A stretch of DNA of 64,000 nucleotides from positions 273,079 to 337,078 of the forward strand of contig CAWJKM010000004.1 of NCBI GenBank assembly GCA_963843525.1, written 5' to 3'. This document shows positions 59,583-64,000 of this stretch, piece by piece (positions within the stretch are counted from its first letter, which is position 1; each line of letters opens with the position of its first letter). The translations under genes were made by a program, and so were the position numbers. The notes below the pieces were generated by a model. It made no database searches. It was not told the origin of the DNA and saw only the letters and a list, made by a program, of their open reading frames with translations. Source of the DNA: Ignavibacteriota bacterium. Its GTDB lineage: Bacteria; Bacteroidota; Ignavibacteria; UBA10030; UBA6906.

Positions 59583-59936
59583 ATGAAAACAGTACGGAAG
59601 CATCGCATAGCATTCATCGTGTCAGGCGTCATCGCGGCTCTGTTTGTGTTCAGCGGTCTGGTTATGCTCTTGTGGAACCTGCTCATGCCGCAAATTTTTG
59701 GTCTACCCCTGCTCTCCTACTGGCAGGGCATGGGCCTGTTTGTCCTCGCGCATGTTCTCTTCAAAGGCGGGCCCACGCACAACGCTATCCACGGGATGAA
59801 ACACGAGCGATGGCGCAAGATGATGGACGAGCGGCTCTACGGCATGACCACGGAACAACGCAAAGCCTTCTTCGAAGAATGGGAAGAACGATTGCATCAT
59901 TTTGGGAAAGCGGGAGAATCGCCTGAAAAAATCTAG
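59583..59936 (+). CDS. Small membrane protein downstream of the ECF sigma factor (possible anti-sigma-like partner)
   Basis: ORF 59583..59936 has an AGGAG RBS and an 8-nt gap after the sigma gene. It has two TM segments and a charged His/Glu-rich tail. No known anti-sigma motif recognised. Confidence 0.6.
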   Translation: MKTVRKHRIAFIVSGVIAALFVFSGLVMLLWNLLMPQIFGLPLLSYWQGMGLFVLAHVLFKGGPTHNAIHGMKHERWRKMMDERLYGMTTEQRKAFFEEWEERLHHFGKAGESPEKI

Positions 59937-60048
59937 GATCAAAGCGTAGTCCCGGGACTACAAGAATATCCGCCTTTTCCCGATTGTCTCGACGGCAAAT
60001 ACTGCGTCTCTTGAGGTCATCGTATCACATCGGGAGGACCGGGACGTT

Positions 60049-60447
60049 ATGACTACAGTAATGATCATTGACGACGCGCCGCTGCTGCGCGAACGATTGG
60101 CAAAGCGGATCGAAGCGATCGAAGGAATCGAAGTCGTGGGTGAGGCCGATACCGTTGCTTCATCCATTGATTTGTTCCGGAAGCTGAGACCGACCGCTGT
60201 TATCCTCGATATGCAGATGCCAGGGGGGACAGGCCTCGAAGTTCTCAATATCATCAAGAGCGAACGACCCAAAACCATTGTTCTGGTTTTGACGAACTAT
60301 CCTCTTCCGCAACTGAAAAAGAAGAGCATGGATTTGGGGGCGGACTATTTTTTCGACAAGTCGACGGAATTCGATCGCATTGTAGAAGTGTTGAAGGATG
60401 GGTCATCCCCCGGCGGAGGCATCGCCATTCCGAGGGAGGAGCCATGA
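60049..60447 (+). CDS. Single-domain response regulator (receiver only)
   Basis: ORF 60049..60447. It has VMIIDDAPLLRE, the phospho-Asp context VILDMQMPGGTG, and LTNYP...K. Confidence 0.85.
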   Translation: MTTVMIIDDAPLLRERLAKRIEAIEGIEVVGEADTVASSIDLFRKLRPTAVILDMQMPGGTGLEVLNIIKSERPKTIVLVLTNYPLPQLKKKSMDLGADYFFDKSTEFDRIVEVLKDGSSPGGGIAIPREEP

Positions 60448-60481
60448 CAGACGAGCTCATCAGATGGAGGTACCGAGGGAA

Positions 60482-61828
60482 ATGAAGGGATTATTCGTAG
60501 TGGCCGGCATCGTACTACTGTGCGGGGAAACTGTTCTCAGTGGCCCGTTGCCGCAACCGGTCCGGAAATTGACGGTTGAGGAGGCCGTCCGGCTGGGGAT
60601 TGACAATAGCAAATCCCTGCACATGTCAGAAATGGAGATTCAATATGCCGATGCGCGGGCAGGTGAAACCAATGCCTCGCGTCTGCCCTCGCTGAAGTTT
60701 AACGGGAGTTTTACCCGACTCAGCAATATCGACCCGTTCGTGATCACGGTCCCCATTCCCGGATTGACGCCAAACACATTTGTGCTCTCGCCGACGATCC
60801 TGAACAATTACAGCTTTCGTGCAAGTCTTACTGCGCCGCTGTTTACAGGCTTCAAACTCGAGCATGCGGTGGAGGCGGCGGATCTCACGGCAGAAGCCGC
60901 CCAGGCCGACTACACGAAAGACCGTGCTGAGGCGGCGTACGCGGTAAAAAACGCGTATTGGTCGCTCTACAAAGCAATGGAAGTCAACAAAGTTGTCGAC
61001 GACAATGTCGCCCTTATGCAAGCGCATCTCAAGGACGCGAAGAACCTGATGGACCAGGGGCTCCTGACGACGAATGATGTTCTGAAGATCGAGGTCCAAT
61101 TTTCGAACACGCGTTTGCTTCAGATCGATGCAAGGAATGCCGTTCAGATCGCACGGGTAAACCTCAACAGCCTGCTCGGTTTTCCTCTGACGACTGAGAT
61201 CGAGATTACGTCGGAGATCCGGCATGAACCGAAGGATTTCGCGGAGTGGTCGGCGCTTGTAGGAAAAGCCCTGGACAACAGGTCGGATCTTCACGCGATG
61301 GATCTTCGGGTCAAGGCCGGGGAGGAACGTGTCAGCGCCGCAAAGGGGAGCTGGTGGCCGCAGATCTCTCTCGTCGGGGATTACCTCAGTGCGAGGCCGA
61401 ATCCCCGAGTTGTTCCCGCGCAGGATATCTTCAAGGACACATGGGACATCGGCGTTCAGGTCTCCCTTGATCTCTGGAATTGGGGCATTGCCGCCCATCA
61501 AACCGCGCAGGCCCAGGCGCAACTTGCACAAGCCCGGGACGCGATGGGCGCCCTCCGGGATGGGGTGACACTGGAAGTCACGCAGAATTACCTGACGGTC
61601 CAACAGGCAAAAGAGAAGATCGACGTCGCCCAGCAGACGATCGGTCAGGCGGAAGAAAACTCGCGCATTACCAACGACAAGTTCAAGGAAGGGCTTGCGT
61701 TGACGACGGATGTCCTCGACGCGGATACCGCACTTCTGCAGGCCAGAACCAATTATACGCAGAGCCTGGTGGATTTTGAACTTGCACAGGCGAGGCTGGA
61801 AAAATCTCTTGGAGAGGAGAATCGATGA
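60482..61828 (+). CDS. TolC-family outer-membrane efflux protein
   Basis: ORF 60398..61828 trimmed to ATG 60482 (MKGLFVVAGIVLLCGETVLS). It has the duplicated alpha/beta TolC repeat pattern. Confidence 0.88.
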   Translation: MKGLFVVAGIVLLCGETVLSGPLPQPVRKLTVEEAVRLGIDNSKSLHMSEMEIQYADARAGETNASRLPSLKFNGSFTRLSNIDPFVITVPIPGLTPNTFVLSPTILNNYSFRASLTAPLFTGFKLEHAVEAADLTAEAAQADYTKDRAEAAYAVKNAYWSLYKAMEVNKVVDDNVALMQAHLKDAKNLMDQGLLTTNDVLKIEVQFSNTRLLQIDARNAVQIARVNLNSLLGFPLTTEIEITSEIRHEPKDFAEWSALVGKALDNRSDLHAMDLRVKAGEERVSAAKGSWWPQISLVGDYLSARPNPRVVPAQDIFKDTWDIGVQVSLDLWNWGIAAHQTAQAQAQLAQARDAMGALRDGVTLEVTQNYLTVQQAKEKIDVAQQTIGQAEENSRITNDKFKEGLALTTDVLDADTALLQARTNYTQSLVDFELAQARLEKSLGEENR

Positions 61829-62916
61829 ATCACAACGTGCAAACTCCGGAAAACGTCCCACCGGTGAACAAGGTGAAACTGGCAATCGTAGGCGGGGTGG
61901 TCCTTGCCGTCATGGTCGCCTTGCTGTTCTACAACAAAAGCATGCGGGCAGCCGAGACGCCGCAAAACTCCATGCTGCGGCAGGTGCCGGTCTCGGTCGC
62001 CACTGCGATGGATCGCCGGATCTCCGAAGAGATTTCGCTGGTCGGCACCCTGTACGCTCACAACGATGTCAGCGTCGTCTCTGAAACATCGGGCCGCATT
62101 ACTGCTGTCCGTGCCGACGTCGGCGACATGGTGCATGCGGGCGATGTTCTGGTCCAGGTGGATGATGAAATCAAACAGGCCACCCTCTCGACTGCCCAGG
62201 TGGCGTTTGAAAAGTCGAAAAAGGACTGGGACCGGTACCAGGCGCTCTTCGAGAAGAAGTCCATTACCGCTTCGCAATTTGACCAGGCGAGACTGGCGTA
62301 CAAGAGTGCGGAGGCACAATTCATCATTGCGCGCCGACAGCTCAACGACACGCGCATCAAGTCGCCGATTTCGGGATACGTCACCGCCCGGCCCGTCGAC
62401 ATCGGGACCATGGTCCAGGCAGGAATGCCGGTCGCGAACGTCGTGGATATTTCCAGCCTCAAGCTGCGTCTCAACGTTGCCGAGCATGACGCGTTCAAAC
62501 TGAAGACCGGCGACAAGGTCTCCATTACCACCGAGGTGTACCCCGGCGTGGAATTCGTCGGATCGATCACAAGCATCTCCGCAAAGGGCGATGATGCGCA
62601 TACCTACCCTGTGGAGATTGTCCTGAAGAATTCCTCGGCGTATCCGCTGAAAGCGGGCATGTTCGGGAGAGTCGAGTTCACGACCCTTGCGCGGGAAAGC
62701 GCTGTTGCCATTCCACGTCAGTCCCTTCTGGGGAGCATCAAGAACCCGCAGGTGTTCGTCGTGCACGACGGGAGAGCCTTCCTCAGGGATATCGTCGTCG
62801 GTGAGGCGAGCGGGGACACTCTGGGGGTCCGACAGGGCCTCAAGCAAGGCGATGTTGTCGTGGTGAATGGACAAAACAATTTGCGCGACAGCAGTGCTGT
62901 TGCCATCGTGCAGTAA
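61825..62916 (+). CDS. Efflux RND periplasmic adaptor (MFP/HlyD-family) subunit
   Basis: ORF 61825..62916 has a 4-nt ATGA overlap with tolC. It has an N-terminal TM segment, lipoyl, coiled-coil and beta-barrel blocks (SGRITAVRADVGDMVHAGDVLVQVD). Confidence 0.9.
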   Translation: MNHNVQTPENVPPVNKVKLAIVGGVVLAVMVALLFYNKSMRAAETPQNSMLRQVPVSVATAMDRRISEEISLVGTLYAHNDVSVVSETSGRITAVRADVGDMVHAGDVLVQVDDEIKQATLSTAQVAFEKSKKDWDRYQALFEKKSITASQFDQARLAYKSAEAQFIIARRQLNDTRIKSPISGYVTARPVDIGTMVQAGMPVANVVDISSLKLRLNVAEHDAFKLKTGDKVSITTEVYPGVEFVGSITSISAKGDDAHTYPVEIVLKNSSAYPLKAGMFGRVEFTTLARESAVAIPRQSLLGSIKNPQVFVVHDGRAFLRDIVVGEASGDTLGVRQGLKQGDVVVVNGQNNLRDSSAVAIVQ

Positions 62917-62940
62917 CCGGGGAGCGCGGAGAACGGAAGA

Positions 62941-64000
62941 ATGACTATTACTGAACTTGCGATCAAACGACCGACACTGGTCGTCGTGTTTTTCTCGGCG
63001 CTGGGAGTGCTGGGACTGTACGGATACTTCCAGCTTGCATACGAACTGTTGCCGAAAATATCGCCGCCGATGATCACGGTGACCACTGCCTATCCCGGCG
63101 CGTTACCGACCGAGGTGGAGAACAACGTGACAAAGCCCATCGAGGATGCGCTGTACGGACTTGACCGCATCTCTTCGGTCCGGTCCACGTCGTCCGAGGG
63201 CGTTTCCCTGGTCATTGTCGAATTCGATCAATCTGCCAGCGTCGATTTCTCACTTCAGGATGCGCAGAGGAGGGTGAACCAGATTGTCGCGACGCTCCCG
63301 CAGGACGTGAAAGCGCCGGTGATCTCCAAAATAGCCCTTGACGATGTCCCGGTCCTCCGGATGGGAGTCACCAGCACTATGCCTTCCAGGGACTTCTACC
63401 AATACCTGATCGATCACGTACAGCCCCGGCTCTCAAAGATCGCCGGCGTTGGCCAGGTGATCCTCGTGGGAGGGGATCAACGCGAGGTGAAGATCAACCT
63501 CGACGCGGAGCGGCTCCGATCGTACGGGCAATCCATCACGAAGGTGACGCAGGCAATCAAGAATGCCAATCTCGATTTCCCGACCGGCAATATCAAGGAA
63601 GATGAGACACAGTATGTCGTTCGCATCGCCGGCAAGTTTTCTTCCATCGACGAACTGCGGAATCTTGTCGTCGCCAGGTCGAAACAAGGGGGCGATATCA
63701 GGCTGCGGGATGTCGCCGACGTTGAAGACGGGACTGCGGACCTCGTGACGACGAGCAGGATTAACGGCAAGACCTCCGTCGGACTGCTGATTCAGAAACA
63801 GTCCGACGCGAATGCCGTGGAGGTGAGCAAGCTTGTCCGCGCGGAGCTGCAACGGATTGAATCCGACGGGAGGGACATTCAGCTTCACTTCGATATTGCT
63901 CAGGATGGTTCGCTCTTTACGGTCGACGCCGCCGACGCGGTGAAGCACGATTTGGTGCTCGCAGTCTTCCTCGTCGCGATTGTGATGTTCCTGTTCCTTC
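62941..64000 (+). CDS. Efflux RND permease (AcrB/HAE1-like); the 3' end lies beyond the window
   Basis: ATG 62941, open to the window end. It starts MTITELAIKRPTLVVVFFSALGVLGLYGYFQL...LPKISPPMITVTTAYPGA, a canonical AcrB N-terminus. Confidence 0.92.
   Translation, partial: MTITELAIKRPTLVVVFFSALGVLGLYGYFQLAYELLPKISPPMITVTTAYPGALPTEVENNVTKPIEDALYGLDRISSVRSTSSEGVSLVIVEFDQSASVDFSLQDAQRRVNQIVATLPQDVKAPVISKIALDDVPVLRMGVTSTMPSRDFYQYLIDHVQPRLSKIAGVGQVILVGGDQREVKINLDAERLRSYGQSITKVTQAIKNANLDFPTGNIKEDETQYVVRIAGKFSSIDELRNLVVARSKQGGDIRLRDVADVEDGTADLVTTSRINGKTSVGLLIQKQSDANAVEVSKLVRAELQRIESDGRDIQLHFDIAQDGSLFTVDAADAVKHDLVLAVFLVAIVMFLFL

Overview
This is a moderately GC-rich, densely coding bacterial chromosomal segment with about 57 protein genes and one tRNA-Ser(UGA). 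I recognised no rRNA, CRISPR array, transposase, integrase or phage genes. Two secreted proteins carry Por/T9SS-type C-terminal sorting domains (NFPNPFNP...), and several exported proteins are DUF3078, DUF4097, M28 or M1 types. This suggests an FCB-superphylum organism (Ignavibacteria/Bacteroidota-like), which is inference only. Gene content, left to right: (1) a minus-strand polysaccharide-related cluster with a GMC oxidoreductase, its Tat small subunit, a CE15 glucuronoyl esterase and a GH140-like DUF4038 protein; (2) a co-directional block of hisS, a HAL-family lyase, a small unknown, msrA, a hexapeptide-repeat protein, a divergent RelA/SpoT-fold protein and tRNA-Ser; (3) a stand-alone two-CW cysteine-rich protein, a WXXGXW-repeat protein and a frameshifted multi-PAS histidine kinase; (4) nitroreductase, MBL hydrolase, ada, mgtA, a purple-acid-phosphatase-like protein, thioredoxin/TPR, a CDF transporter and cysteine desulfurase; (5) an M28-prmA-ppx operon, a DUF4097 lipoprotein, dacB, secA-glnB, era, EamA, a T9SS M1 peptidase and uvrC; (6) kdpDE without kdpFABC, preceded by a 487-bp ORF-poor GC-rich spacer; (7) an orphan 222-aa protein, a frameshifted C1 peptidase, peptidases, an APC permease, mscL, M48 and DUF3298; (8) a NarL-type two-component pair, then ECF sigma, a membrane protein, a receiver and TolC/MFP/RND, with RND cut by the window end. 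Most of the window is ordinary housekeeping, and I found no clear-cut novel multi-gene system. The best second-look candidates are the divergent RelA/SpoT-fold protein next to tRNA-Ser, the stand-alone two-CW protein and its neighbours, the structured spacer upstream of orphan kdpDE, and the orphan protein at 45.3 kb. Three genes are interrupted or truncated as written, so either sequence quality or genome decay should be checked. All family calls come from motif recognition by eye and from memory, not from database searches.
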